Origin: Lama glama
Taxonomy: Eukaryota
Direction: 5' to 3'
Assembly (NCBI GenBank): GCA_028534125.1
Contig: CM052817.1
Coordinates: 58,902,001 to 58,966,000 of the forward strand
DNA: 64,000 nucleotides
The notes under the pieces are model-generated. The model was given only the letters and a program-made list of their open reading frames with translations. It ran no database searches and was not told where the DNA came from. The translations under genes were made by a program, and so were the position numbers. Positions 1-13,626 of this stretch are shown in pieces (position 1 is the first letter of the stretch; each line of letters opens with the position of its first letter).

Positions 1-255
1 CCTTTTTTCCAACCAATTTATAAGGATTTATTATAAAAAGTACTTGTCTACCTTATTAAAGAAGTTAAATTCAAATAAATGGTGTGGTGACAAGTATTTT
101 TACTTTGTACTATGAATCTATTCAAATGTATTTTGTTGTAAATATATTCTGATTGGTTGTTAAATTGTTTGAAGCACTTTCTAGGACACAAATATAAAAT
201 TTCACATGTTAACATCAGTATGCTAAATCCCAAGTGATCTTACTCCATTTTTTAA

Positions 256-292
256 ACTTTTTTTTAACTTTTTTTTTTTTTTTTTACTTTTT
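256..292. repeat. T-rich tract / poly(T)
   Basis: Direct reading of long T runs. Confidence 0.9.
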
Positions 293-494
293 AAACTAAA
301 GCAATAGTTTGGGAAAAGAAAGTGATTGGGAGAGGTAGCGATAGGTTAAAATAAATACTGTTAAAGAAGTGTCTTTGTAAGCCTTTTGCAAATCTATCAT
401 TATGTGATGAAGACTTTAGGGAAAATGGCAGAAATGGAGATAAAATTGCTAGATTTGAGATTAAATACAGGCACATAGGGAAAATGATCCAAGC

Positions 495-650
495 ACTATT
501 AATTGTCTATTTTGTGCTCAGCATAGTGCCGTATGCTTTCCTCAGAACAGCCATTTGAGAAGGATTTATTTCTTTAATTTGTGGAAGAAGCAAATTTGAA
601 TGAGAGACTGAGTAGTATTTCTGAATGTTCTACCTGGGATTTGCATTTTT
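495..650 (-). mobile_element. Degraded MIR SINE fragment
   Basis: Weak resemblance to the antisense MIR core (ctattttgtgctcagcatagtgc...cctcagaacagcc). Confidence 0.35.
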
Positions 651-1194
651 TCTTTTAACAAGTTTTAAGCAGAAAGAAAAAAATGGAAAGAGAAGAATCC
701 AGAAAAGGGTATAAATGTATTCATTGCAGTAGGGATCTTAGGAATGAAGTATTGGAATCCCAAAGTGTTCTGATTAATACAAGCTATCTTTCAACACCTC
801 TGGCAAAATGCATAGAAAATTAACACAAAAATTTGAAGTCACATTTAAGAGCAGAGTTGATAAGTACAACTTAGGAAACTAAATTTAGAAAATGATAAAC
901 TAAACAGTTACCTAAGGTCTAATATAGATTTGTGGAAGCAAGAAGAACAGTGATTAAAACTAAGAGTGACACAATTGATTTCCTAAAATCCTTTTGTATA
1001 AATTTGCCAGCTACTATTTTTTAGCTGGCCTCTTGAGACTAGTTTCCTTTATAGCTTCTTGTTTTGAGAAAGGAGAAAGTTCTTATTCATGAGTAAAGTT
1101 AGCTGAGGAGAAATTACATGTGCCCTGGGATTAAGTAAAATATTTCTTACTGAGTTTGTAAAATGAAATGACTTCTTAAATAGTTCTTCCACAG

Positions 1195-1236
1195 GTGTAC
1201 AGAAATTCTGAAAAATCATGCTTTATTCCTAATATT
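1195..1236 (+). CDS. Candidate internal coding exon (42 nt, phase 2-2) of an unidentified gene: xCTEILKNHALFLI(L)
   Basis: Acceptor cttcttaaatagttcttccacag| and consensus donor ATT|gtaagt. Open in the phase-2 frame, which joins the 7142 exon in frame. The phase-0 frame (VYRNSEKSCFIPNI) is also open. Confidence 0.55.
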
Positions 1237-1330
1237 GTAAGTGAATTTTTTTAAATTTAGATATCAGGTCTTTTTTTCAAATTAAACAAATTACTTTCCT
1301 CCTTTTGGTGCTCTGAGACCCAGCTGCACT

Positions 1331-2235
1331 GTGTGTGTTGGGGGATGGGGGTGGTGCACACAGTTTCCCATACAACACCAAGCAATTCTCAGACACAAGA
1401 AGATAGAATTGGATTCCAAAAGTAAAGGGATCATTCTCTCAAGACCACCCTCCACTTCAGAGGCCAGTCATAAACTCAGGTTGTTACCTGTGCTTCTGAC
1501 TGGCTACAAATGAGAGGGTCCCACTACCTCTTCCTTGGGTTCAGTTAATTTGCTAGAACAGCTCACAGAACTTAGGAAAACCCATTTACCCACTAGAGTG
1601 CCAACTGATTACAAAGGATTTTAAAGCATATGAATCAACAGTCAGATGAAAAGATACATAGGGTGAGGTCCCTGTCAAAGGAGCTTCTGTCCTTGTGGTG
1701 CTTGGGGCCTGGCATGGTGGCACTGGAAGCTCCTCGAACCCCTTCCTTTTGGGTTTTTACAGAGGCTTCATTATGTAGACTTGATTGATTAACTCATTGG
1801 CCATTGGTGATTGAATCAAACGGTAGCCTTTCTCCTCTCCCCGGAATTCATGGAGTGAGACTGAAAGTTCCAACCCTCTATTCACAGTCGATATCCCTGG
1901 TAACCAGCCCCTGTCCTTAGGTGCTTTGCAAAAGTCACTTTCATTTATATAAATCCAGTTGTGGTGGAGAGGGCTTGTTATGTAAAACAAAACATCTCTC
2001 ATCTTTATGGCTCTGAAACTCGAAAGCATTTTCAGGAACTAACGACAAGAAACCAAAAATAACAATTGATACTCTCATGTCTCCTATCACTCAGGAAATT
2101 CCAAGGGTTTTGGGAGCAATGAACCAGAAACTGTGGATAAATACCTAATGTATTTTGACCATCTGAGATAGACACACACACAGGCACACATTTCCTATAA
2201 ATCACTATATATATTTCTTATAAATTACAATATTT
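1331..2235 (-). mobile_element. MER21-type solo LTR
   Basis: Diagnostic motifs cttgggttcagttaatttgctagaacagctcacagaactt, gaggcttcattatgtagacttgattgattaactcattggccattggtgat and ctcctatcactcaggaaattccaagggtttt. Confidence 0.8.
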
Positions 2236-3049
2236 GATATTTGAATTTGATATTTTAAAATACAGTATAATGATGAGGAAAAGATAATAGAGAAGGAGAA
2301 AATTAAAAGACTTTAATTTTAGAGGATTTGTTATAGCTTTATAAGTAATACTCAAAATATCAAGTATGTTTGATTTAACGTATTAGTGATATTATTTAAT
2401 AATGGTCTTTAATAATAAAATTATTTTCTAAGCTTTTATTTTGATTTTCAGATTTAGGATAATTTTTAGAAGCTATACCTTGTTAATTACCCTATATTTT
2501 TGGTATTAGAATATATTTACATTCCCCTTGTCTGAGTCAGTCTGAAAAAATAAAATCTTCACCTTTTGGAATTCAAATAAGTAATTATTTATCATGTTTG
2601 TATAAGGAGGGGATTTTGAGTATTCCATACAAGCATCACCTTCCTCCAAGTGAAAATTAATTATTCAATGAAAGTGACACCATTTGTGGCAATAACTGAT
2701 AGAGACTGAAGACCACATTTTTACATCGATTGCCTTTGGTGACTGCACTCTGTTCCCATGTGATGTTCTAATATAGCCTGTTATTGAGGAAGCCATCTAG
2801 TTAAATCCTATTTTAGTCCTTCATGAAAAGATACAAATGAACATCAGAAAATTTATCATAAATTAGTTAAATACATTCATGGCATACTGTGACATCTGTC
2901 AAGAGACACAAAATGCTACATGTAAAATACTAAAAATGCTAATTGAAAGAGTATGTTAAGAGTTAAGAACTGCAGTAAATTCCTAGGCAGACAGTTTCAC
3001 ATATTGCTTAAAACACATTTTTCTCATACTCTCTATACATTTTCTCTAG

Positions 3050-3552
3050 CAGAGAATATCAAACATGTCAATAGGAGAATATCAAACAAAAGTTTAATAA
3101 CATGTACACAAGGGAGAGACCCAGGAAAACTGAGTAATAGCTTATTTAACTGGCTGGACTCCTCACCTTAAATAGCATCTTTAGTTAAAGTAGGATGTTG
3201 ACGGTAGTGGCTTGGGACTTTAAAGGAGAGGAGGCATTTCACATGGAGATGGAAAAGCAAAGGTTTGGTAGAAAAATGTTGGCTGAGCCCTGCAGAGACA
3301 GTGGGTCACATAATGGACTCTGATCTCTGAGCCCGGCCAAATTTCCCCCAGCATAATTAGCCCCTGTTCTTTGCAGATATCTCTGATGATAACTCTATTC
3401 TAGGAACAGGCCCTTTATCTAAATCCTTAGGCACTTAACGAGGAGGTAACAGGAACACCTTCCTGAATCTTAGTTTCTCAAAAATAATCAGACTAAACTA
3501 ATCCTCGTGCCAAAAAGACACATTTTGGGGCGTCCAATTTTGCTCCCCTACA
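3050..3552 (-). mobile_element. ERV1-class solo LTR, MER34/MER39-like
   Basis: Ends in aaaataatcagactaaactaatcctcgtgccaaaaagacacattttggggcgtccaattttgctcccctaca, the reverse complement of the MER34-type 5' end (tgtagggg...ccccaaaat). Confidence 0.7.
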
Positions 3553-3869
3553 ATATCATCCGTAGTCTGACCCACTAGATACTTATTTCTACTCTGCAGA
3601 ATTTCTGTTATACCATGATTTATTTTCCCCTTTACTTTCTCTAATAATGAAAAATGCCTTTTTCTTTTTGGAAATTTACTTTTTCTCTGTCATATATGCT
3701 ATCTCCCTATAATTTCACGTATGCATTTCCTTTTTTCCAAGGCATTTTTACAGACATCAAAAGAATATCTATTAATTTAAGAAAAGCTTTAAAATCTTCT
3801 GAAATATTAAGAAATGGTGAGGGTCCAACTGAGGAGACTAACCATAAATAAAAGCTAAAAGCTATAAAA

Positions 3870-5170
3870 CAGAAACTTCTTCATCTTTCTGAAGTCAAAT
3901 CCATAAATCTACCCAAGTTTCCGTGCATTTTCTGTCTTCCCTCCTGTTAAATGCAAGGCGTGTGCCTCTTGTCAAGACTGTTTCTTCATTTATGCTCTAA
4001 ATTTAATTTGTTCTCACCTTCTCTAGGATATCTTTTTTGTTTATTATTCCATTCTTCTGCATCTTCACCTTATTCCTTCTGTTGATTTCTTCTCATCAGG
4101 ACATGTATCTCAAATACATTTTTTCAAAGGCCCCTCCTCATCTCTATATTTCGTTGCACATAGAAGCACACCTCATTTTATTGTACTTCACTTCATTGTG
4201 TTTCACCAGTACTGCATTTTTACAGATCGAATATTGTGGCAACTCTGTGTTCAGCAAATCTCTTGGCACCATTTTTCCAACAGCGTTTGGTCACTTCTTG
4301 TCTCTGTGTCACATTTTGGTAACTCTTAGGATACTCCAAACCCTCCCAAAAGATGATGACTTGATAAAGGTTTAAATGATGGTTAGCATTTTTTAGCAAT
4401 AAAGTATTTTAAATTAAGGCATGTATATTGTTTTTTTAGACTTAACTCTATGGCACATTTAATAGACCACAGTATAGTAGAAACATGACTTTTATATGCA
4501 CTGGGAAATCAAAAAATTTGTGTGACTCATTTTATTGGGATATTCACTTTATTGTGGTGGCCTAGAACTGAACCTGCAGTATCTCCATGGTATGCCTGTA
4601 TTGATCTTCAACTTACTCTTCAATCACTTTGATTTGCCTTCACTTTCAGCCTTCTATTACACCGGACTCTTACAGGGTAGGGTTCTCTGATCTGTTACTT
4701 GTCCTGCCATCCCTCTTTTCCCCTCCAGGCAGCCCTAAATCTATATGCCACCTACTTGCAAATGTTCATCTCCAGGTTAAATTTGTTTTCTGAAACACTG
4801 ATTTGGTAGTTCTCATAATCTCAAAACTAACTTGATTGACATTGAAATCTTGTCCTTTGCCCTTAAGTCTGGTCCTTTTATGGTCTCTCTCAACTCAGCA
4901 AATTACATTATCATCTTCATATCCAATCCACCAAGTCCTGGCCATATATAAAAATGTGTATTTTTAAATATGTCTAATGTCCAACATTTTCAGTATCATT
5001 CCCTTATTTCAAACTGCCATCATATTTAACTTTGGCTACTGTAACAGCCTCTTAATGACTACCGTGCTGGGAAGAATAGACAGAGATCTTTTTAAAGACA
5101 AATTAAATATTTCACTCACCCACGTAAAAACCTTCACTAACTTCTCATTTTATTTAGACTAAAATCCAAT
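3870..5170 (+). mobile_element. L2 LINE fragments, interrupted by Tigger1a
   Basis: L2 motifs ccatcatatttaactttggctactgtaacagcctcttaa and agagatctttttaaag...aaaaccttcactaacttctcat...taaaatccaa. Confidence 0.6.
4163..4598 (+). mobile_element. Tigger1 internal-deletion MITE (Tigger1a_Art-like, TcMar)
   Basis: Tigger1 5' end (cacctcattttattgtacttc...ccatttttccaacagc) is fused to its 3' end (gcaataaagtatttt...atctccatggtatgcctg). TA dinucleotides flank both sides (4161-4162, 4599-4600). Confidence 0.9.
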
Positions 5171-5714
5171 TAAAAAAAAGTTAATTTGTAGTGTTAGCTT
5201 ATTTTCTTTTTTCTTTTTCTTTTTCTTTTTTTTTTTGGCTTTAATTCCTTTCCCGGGGACTATGCTTGTGTATAATTTTTGTTCACTATTTACAGTAACC
5301 AAATAAGTTTTTAAACTTATTAAAATGTTATGTTTCTCATTTATTCATTATTTATATTGTATAAAGTTACTCTTAGAAGAAAATAATAACACTATACTTT
5401 GAAAATAACTTTGGTTTAGAATTATGTATATCTTTAACTTGTTAAAAAGTTAAAAAAAGTCAAAATTAAACTCCCTTCTATATCTTTACCGAAGCAAATA
5501 GTATCTTGGTACAGTTTTTATCACTAAACTCTTAAGTTAATCTAATTTCAATTTAATTTTTTAAATTACTTTCACTAGATTTATAGTGTATATAAGAGTG
5601 AAAAATATATATCTAATTTCCTAATCTTAAAAACGTTACATGGGTACATTTTTCTCCATGTCATCATTACATAGATACAAAATCACATAAATAAAAAATT
5701 GTCAATACTAACAA

Positions 5715-5910
5715 ATACCTATATGGTTCCTGCTATACTTGGTATTATGTACATTACTTAATTTCAACTTCACATAACCCTCTTCTTTAGATTAGGAAAC
5801 TGGGACACGTGGTTAAATAATTTGCCTAAAAAGTGATAGGGCAGAATTGAAGCCAGGTAGTCAGACTCCAAATTCTCTGCTCATTTTAACTACCAAATAA
5901 ACTGCCTCTC
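5715..5910 (-). mobile_element. MIR SINE
   Basis: agattaggaaactgggacac...ttaaataatttgcctaa...gtcagactccaaa...ctgcctc. Confidence 0.75.
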
Positions 5911-6304
5911 AAAGTTGGATGATGATGATGATGACAGTTTTTATTTTCATCACCTTTATTATTTCATAGACTCTGGTAATTTAACTTCTTTAACACATAT
6001 TTTCTTTCACTTTGTCAAGGTCTCAAGTTGTTACTCTCTGATTTTATTCCACTGTATTAGCACCTATCTATTTTCATTCAGCAGCTTTTATGTCTTGACT
6101 AAATATTTTTTAACACTTAGCTCTCTCATTCCCATGGTGATTCCTTTTACTTCCTGTTGGGCTGTGTATGTACTAGAAGATTTCCTATTAAATTTCTTTA
6201 TTTCTATCTCTGCACTGGGGCACGCTGATACTCACAGAGACCTTATGGAGGATGATAGTAGTAGGTCCTTTATCAGAAAAGCAGGAATCATATTTGATCT
6301 AAAA

Positions 6305-6620
6305 CATGATTTAGCAAAGTACAGCCAGTGGACCAAATATAGCTTGCTGCCTATTTCTATATGGCCTTCAAGTTAAGAATACTTTTTCTACTTTTCAAAG
6401 GTTGAAATAAACAAGTAAAATATTTTATAACCCACAAAATTATATAAAATTCAAATTTAATCCTCCATGAATGAGATGTGTTAGAATACAGACCTTCCTA
6501 TTTATGAATTGTCTGCTTTTGCACTGCAGTGACAGAGTATTGGCAAACCCTGTGACCCACAAAGGCTAAAATATTTACTCTCTGAGTCTTTACAGATAAA
6601 GTTTTTCAGCCACCAATCTA
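6305..6620 (+). mobile_element. MER58B-like hAT-Charlie MITE
   Basis: gcaaagtacagccagtggaccaaat...tgacccacaaaggctaaaatatttactctctgagtctttacagataaagttt. Confidence 0.8.
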
Positions 6621-7141
6621 GAACCTTTCTGTTCTAATGTGTTCAGAGTTTAGACTCTATTGGAGAATGTTACCCTGTTACCTGCCCCCAGCTCAGACCG
6701 CACTCATTTCCAACCTTGCTCTAATTTTTGTATCACTTTGCCTAATGGAAAAATAAACCCCTCTAGACAGAATGATCCCATATTTATCTATCCTTGTTAA
6801 TATCCTTGAACAGCCAAAACTTACGGTTGTTGTTGGGAACCAGACTTAGTTTGCAGAACTGAAGTATGGATAGTCATTTAAAGAAAATATTAAGAAAATA
6901 TTTAATACTGTAAATTAAAATTAATAAGTAATAAAATACTTTTGTTTTCCTCTTCTTTTCTCGATTCCAGCAGCTTTATATTAGAAGGCATTTATCTTTG
7001 TCTAATTACATATTACTGTGTTATATTTATTAGGGTTATCTTTCCAATGTGATTTTGATTTTCTCTTAGGGTTTAAATGTGTTACCTGGGCTATAATGAT
7101 AACAGATACTTTCTTTTTGTCCTTTGATACTCAATATGCAG

Positions 7142-7227
7142 AAATCTCAAACTGTCTGAACACCAACTAAAGTTTAATTCAACAAGTGATAGCATGCTTT
7201 ATTTATATTTATATCACCATCTATATG
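7142..7227 (+). CDS. Candidate internal coding exon (86 nt, phase 2-1): NLKLSEHQLKFNSTSDSMLYLYLYHHLY(G)
   Basis: Acceptor ttctttttgtcctttgatactcaatatgcag| and donor ATG|gtaatg. Only one frame is stop-free, and it is phase-compatible with both the 1195 and 45477 exons. Confidence 0.45.
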
Positions 7228-7540
7228 GTAATGTCAGGGACAGCACTTAGGATACTTTTACTCACACTTGGGTGGGGCTTGTCTTTCCAGCATTTGTAAC
7301 TTTTATTGCAAATGAAATGTCAAACCTGATGGCCTAAATGCGGCACCCAGTCTGAGAACCCTGTCTCCCTGGCATATGTGTGTTCTTCTTTACAGCAGTG
7401 TAATAAGCACTCACACATCTTTTTGATTGTCCATGTTCCTTTTCAAAGCCTTCTTATATTTAGCAGAGAATAAAGCAAAGGAGATCTCCACAAGTTATTA
7501 GATTGAAACTTTTTTTCAGGGAATAGAAGGATCCCATTCT

Positions 7541-7586
7541 TCTGTACTTGAATTTATACTAAGTCTGTACTTGAATTTATACTAAG
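7541..7586. repeat. Perfect 23-bp tandem duplication (tctgtacttgaatttatactaag)x2
   Basis: Direct reading. Confidence 0.95.
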
Positions 7587-9599
7587 TTACATAGCAGGGT
7601 TCAAAGTAATAGATTCCACTTCTCAGAGAGCCAGGTTTGGTATGATGTCATGTTGCTTCTGCTATTTACATCTGCTGAGCCTATGGTCTTTGTGAAATAA
7701 AAGAGGAAGGATTTGTAATAGGTCAGATAAATTTGCAGTGTCAGATTCAGGGGCATAGGTACTGAATGCTTCTCACTAACAACAGAAAAGGAGCAGTATT
7801 TTGTACTCATAACTTTTTAAGTGTCCATCAGTTAATATTAAATATGCTATTTGAAAGTTAAAATACACTGATTACCATCTTAGGCCCTCCCTTGTGTAAA
7901 CATATTTTTATTCTATGAGGGTTACGCTTGTTGGCACAGAGCACCCTGTAAGATAAAAGTTTTCGGTTACTCAAAGAGAGGGATGGTGTTGGTGGGTCCC
8001 TTAGAAAAATCAACAGTCATGTTTTGCTTTAGAATTTTGGTCCTCAAATTTATTCACTTTCACCCAACTTCATAAAATTTCCCCCTTTATTCTTAGAAGA
8101 AATTCTGCTCTAATATCGTAGTATTATACTATGTTCTTTCTACTGTAGGGCACATAGTAAAATTTTGTGCTCTGTTTACCAAATTTTTTCTATGAAATAT
8201 AATGGGAAAATTTAAGAATTAAGAGATCAATCTCTCTCTTGCTGTCTCTCTCAAATACACACACACCACGCACAGACACAAACACACACAGCTTTTCAAG
8301 ACTTCAGTTCTTCTAGGATCTCAGTAAGTCCTATTTGAATCTTGAAGTTGAATAGTGACTTCTTTATTCCTGGTTTGATGCTGTGATTTCTCACAGAGTA
8401 ATAAACACCATTGGAACATTGAATGGGAAAGTCGCAAGACACGTAGGACCTAGGAATTACCAGAAACAAAAACACACTGGTTTAGTATTTCACAAAAACC
8501 TCTCTCCCTTTAAATTTCTTGTCAGAACTATAGCTTTTAAGTCCTGTCCTCACCTCCTCTTTTACTTGCCTTCATGCAATTTAAGTTTCCTGCAGTACAG
8601 TCAGATCATATTTCTCCCCTTCTCAGACTCTCAAGTGATTTCCCACTGCCTGTTAAATTAAGGGCTTAGGTGAATTTTAGCATTTGAGACGTTACTAATA
8701 TGTCCCTGACTAGCTTTAAATTTGTCTTTCCTCTCATGTGTTCCCTGGGCTTCAACAACCAGCACTTTCCTACTTTGGGTAATACTATTTCCTCTGATTA
8801 GAAGGTGCCCTCTGATAACTCCGCCTGTCAAAATCTCAACCATTCTTTAATGCTTACATTAAATCAGTGTCATGCTGAGAGCTTTGACCCCAGTAAAATG
8901 GGAAACCATATTAACTCATTTTGTGTTCCACATGAACACTTGCATTGCTCCCCTCTATTTCTTGTCCTTACATAGTTTGCTAGGAAATACTTTCCAAAAC
9001 TAGATAAGTGCAAGTATTAAAAACAAAATGATATTGTGCCTGTTAGTAGTACACACATTCTTTTGAAATAAATTTGGAAACTTGAAGTACTAGTTACTAA
9101 TTATTAGATCACAACTGAGAAGCGTTATTTGTCCTCCAAGAGTAGAAGGGTTTTCTCCACTAATATTCTTTTCTAATTCAGAGCAAATAAACTCCTCCCA
9201 GTCTTAAGCAGTTTGTCAGAGAGCCTGTGCAGCAGAGAATTATCTCTAAAAATTAGAAACAATATACATGTTAGAAGTATCCTGTATAGATAACAATCCA
9301 GTTCTATGTGCAGCTGGAACAGATTGTGCACGATACTCAAATTCTGAAAGATTTTAAATACTATAAATTTTATTATGCAGTGATGTTTTTAAGGCAGTCA
9401 TTAATTCTCAAATTTGAAGATGCCTTTAAAGCTACGTTTTTATTAGTGAGGTCAAGTAAAGAAGTAAGGCAACCTTTAGTAATTAAATATTATAAAATTT
9501 GGTTGAATCTAAGTGTTCCCTTTGACAAGGGACATACTGATTTGCGCAAGAATTAAAATTTAAAAAATCCAAATCTTATCCTATAATTATGTCATTTAA

Positions 9600-9720
9600 T
9601 TAGTTAACTAATTAATTAGGCACATATTTGTTGAGCACTGTGTGCCAGACAGAAACTGTGCCACATATTGGTGATAAAAAAGTGATCAAAATAGACATGC
9701 TCTTTGACATTACCCAATGT
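9600..9720 (-). mobile_element. L2 3' end fragment
   Basis: catatttgttgagcactgtgtgccag...aaaatagacatg. Confidence 0.6.
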
Positions 9721-11086
9721 TCATTTCAAACTGATATTAGTTACTCTATTGAGGAATATGGCCTAGACAGAAAGTCTAATTACCTTTCAGTTGGCCATGA
9801 GTACATAATTAATTGTGACACCTTATGAGCAGCTATTTTTTTATTATTTTAACTGTATGCTATTCTTTATCCTCCATTTTTACTATCATTCTAACTTGAA
9901 TTACAGAGTTCAGCTTTTTCTTTTTCTTACTACAAAGATTTATAGAACTTAAGTTTTTTAAATGTTTAATATAAACTTTATAAAAGTGTATCACACATAC
10001 TTAATAATCATTCTGATTTATAAGTCAGTTTTTGTACATCACAATGACATCGTTATTTTTAGCATTTTTCCTCCAATTTGTGTCATAAACTCATTAGTTG
10101 TATTTTAAAGTTAAATGAGAAAATATTTTCAGTGAAAATACAGTTTGTTTTTAATTTTTTTTACACAAGAGCAGTCTCATATAAAGAGAAATTTTATTTC
10201 CTAAAAAATTAACATGGAAACATACATTAATGCTCACATTTCTTTGTTCTGATTCTTGATCTTTTCACTGTACTGAGCCAGACAGTAATACATTTTTAAA
10301 AATCTAAAAAAATTTCCTTGTAAAAGGTGCCAAAATATACCTGATTTTTCACCTTGCTAGTTTTCACTAAATTTCTGTAAAACTTGACAAAGACAAGATA
10401 AAATGTTAAAGCCAAGTAAGTTATATATATTAGTGGTGCATATAAAAATGACAGACAGTAAAATCAGCAGTGTTAAAAGTGCTGCTATGCTATGTTAAGC
10501 TAATTGTGCACGATACTCTTACTCTCTAAGGTACAAATATTGTTGCATATATGAATGTATTTTGATATTCCATGTTATTTACTGGGATCCTGATTATCAT
10601 TTCTCAGATTTTAGCAAGTAAAAAAAATTAAATACATGTCAGGAATCAGAGAGTCTGAAGCTGCTGGTGACTGTATTCCATCCATTCATTTTAATTGATT
10701 TGGAAAATATGGCAGCTATCATGTTGCATTTGTGTTTATTAGATACAAAGCAGTCTGTGACATAAAACTCAATCTATGTAAATATTTGAGTTGTGATTAC
10801 ATGTGCATTGTGTGGACAGTTTGGTTTCATTTTCAACTCAGTTGTTCATTTATTTTTCATAAGTAGAAGGGGTGAGCCGCTAGCACCTAAGAAACTGAGA
10901 ATTAGGGTATACACATGATTGGCCTTACTTCACAGTTTTATTGAGAAAGTAAGTGTGTTCAATTAAAAATGTCCTATCACCCTCTCTTGCAAGTAGTGTT
11001 GAGCATGTCCCACTGTTGTGATCAATGTGGGTTAAATAAAAGTTGAAACCTCTTTTAAAATGAAGCAGATTCAGTCGGCCCTTACC

Positions 11087-11240
11087 GTTTTTGACTTTAA
11101 CGTGTCCATCTGCTTTCTGCATGAAATGTAGACATAAAGGTTGAAGCCATCTTGAAACTTGGAAAAGCTAAGAGATTCTAACAGACCTGTATCCTGACAT
11201 CTTAAGCCATTGCATTGGATCTGAATGCCTACTTTCCAAC
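11087..11240 (-). other. Possible antisense (probably non-coding) exon
   Basis: Minus-strand acceptor attttctaatataaccttag| and donor ACG|gtaagg in non-repetitive sequence. Confidence 0.25.
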
Positions 11241-13626
11241 CTAAGGTTATATTAGAAAATACATATTTCTGTTATGTGAAATACTGTTATTTGTTACATC
11301 AAAGCAAACCCAGTCTTAAAGGTAGTGCATGTTTACAGGTGCATAGTGGATCTTGCATTGTATACACATCCATTAAAAAGGAGGAAGAAAACTATATACC
11401 AACTGATCAAAAATGTACAGAAAAAAACACATCTGAAAGGACTTGTACCTCTGCCTGGAAACACACGACTGTGATACTTGTTATTAAAATGAGCAGAATG
11501 GTGGGTAACCCTCAAATAGAAAGAGGGAGGCAACTCACACATCTCATACTTTGGGTGTGAATTTTTTTTTTGAGTTAATAGCACCCAATTCAAGGTAGCT
11601 CTAGTTTTAAACCACTTTTAAGAGTTTATCTAAATTGATCCTTTAGAGCTGATTATTCATATTTTCTCCTTATAAATAGAAACTCAAAACCATTTGTTTC
11701 TAAGACATTTTTAGTAAATAATCTCTGTAAAGATTGCACATCCACGCTGTTTCCCATAACTGATCTTTCTTGGTGCATTGGGGGAAATTGATTGTATTGA
11801 ACTATTCCTTGCTTTTACAACATAACCCTGGAACCTACAACAGCAAACAATCTGCCATATTCTGGTCAGGGAAATGAATGACCATTTTCTAAGGCACCTG
11901 CCAGTGCCATGCAGTTCACTGGGCATGAAAATCAAAGTTCTATGATCTTTAACCAAATTCCTAGGCACAACCCAGCTTCAGGCACACTTGGATGTTGTGC
12001 CTGAGCAGGGAATGAGTAGCTGCTGACCACATGGCCCCTCCTGATTCGTGAATGATTTCCGAGTGCTGCCTGCTCTCAGAACTTCCATGTGTTGTAGTCT
12101 CCGCAGCAGTGGGTTGCAAATCTATCTAAATCTAGGACAAACATTTTTTCCAAAATAGACAGAATAGAAAAATATTTGCAAAGTAATCAGTATGATAGCT
12201 TACTGTGACATCCAAAACAGGACTCTGAAGATTGTAACTAAAAAGAAACTCTGAAGATAGACATATATTTTATTAAATATATTTAATCCCTAAATATTTG
12301 CCGTTTTATCCACTAGGAAGATATAGCTGGAAATTTATGCTACCAAATTATGCCTAGAGATCTAAAAGTCTGTTATTGTTTACACAAGTTCAACTAATTG
12401 TTTGATGTAAATGATTACTTAGCGGATGATGTCAGTAGACATCTGTTTGCTTGATTTTAGAGTTTTCTCCTGAGTAGTCTAGCTTTGTACATTAATTCTG
12501 AAATTTGGCTGAGTCCCAAAATAAGCAAAATAAACATTGATTGTAGTCAGAAGCCATGGAAATATTAAAAGTCACAGAGATATTTCTGAAATGGACTTTT
12601 AACAAATTGTCAGCTTAACTTATTTTCTACCTACTCAACTTACAAACATACACATTCAGGATACATTCAGTATCCTGAAATTTCCATTTTCAGAGTTTTG
12701 TCTAAATTATCAGAGTACCCTGGGCCTCAGATAATTTGATTCCACTGAGTTCAATTTTTCATTCCAAGGAATATGACAGTTCTCTATACTATCTTTTTTT
12801 ACATGAATTACACATCTCATATAAAAGAGTAGAAATCTAGGCCAATTTGAATGTGATATTCACCTGACAGTTGGATGCAATAAAATAATCTAGTATCCAT
12901 AATTATTTTCTTAACCTATGAATCATAAAACTGTCATCATGAAAAATAATAATTTTGGTTAGGACAGGTTTAATGCAGTTTAATATTATTTTTTATTATT
13001 TTAATCCATTTAAGTTTTTATGGTGATCTCCTTCTTGAGAAATTCAGGGTTGACCTTTGCTACTTGATACATGTTTTTTTTCCTCTAAAGAAATTCACTC
13101 ATATTGAATAAAATAAAAATTTCTAGGTTCTGATATATTTTACAAGGCAAAGAACCTTACATTTTTTGCTTAGCTTTTATGACGGTCCAATGATATAAAT
13201 TGATGTTATAAAAATCTTACATGAGATGCGGAAGCAGTATAGGAAAATCCACGACCCTCACGATGTCCTATCACATGCTGTTAATAAATTTAAGCTTAGA
13301 AATAGGAACTCTAGTTTCTTTTATCTGATTTCACTGTTTAGTGACTTAAAAAGTCAAAATAATCCAGAATATTAGGAACATATATATGGTTAAAAACAAA
13401 TTTTGCTAATCTATGCAAATAAATAAAACATATTAAACATACAAATATTCAAAAATAGATATCAATAGTAAAGTTTTTAAAATATGTCTAATTCTGGCTC
13501 CAGAATGCATTTTGCACATTTTAGTACTACGCTTTACTTAATATTTTTGCCTATTCCAGTAATAAATTTAGGTTATTAAAAAAAAACTAATAATTGAGTA
13601 AGAAAGGGTATCTGAGCTGAACTTAC

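Noticed and set aside
5915..6376. Longest ORF in the track (153 aa, MDDDDDDS...)
   Set aside because: Starts at a TTG next to a (GAT)n repeat, runs into MER58B and has AT-driven F/L/S/I composition. It is a chance ORF.
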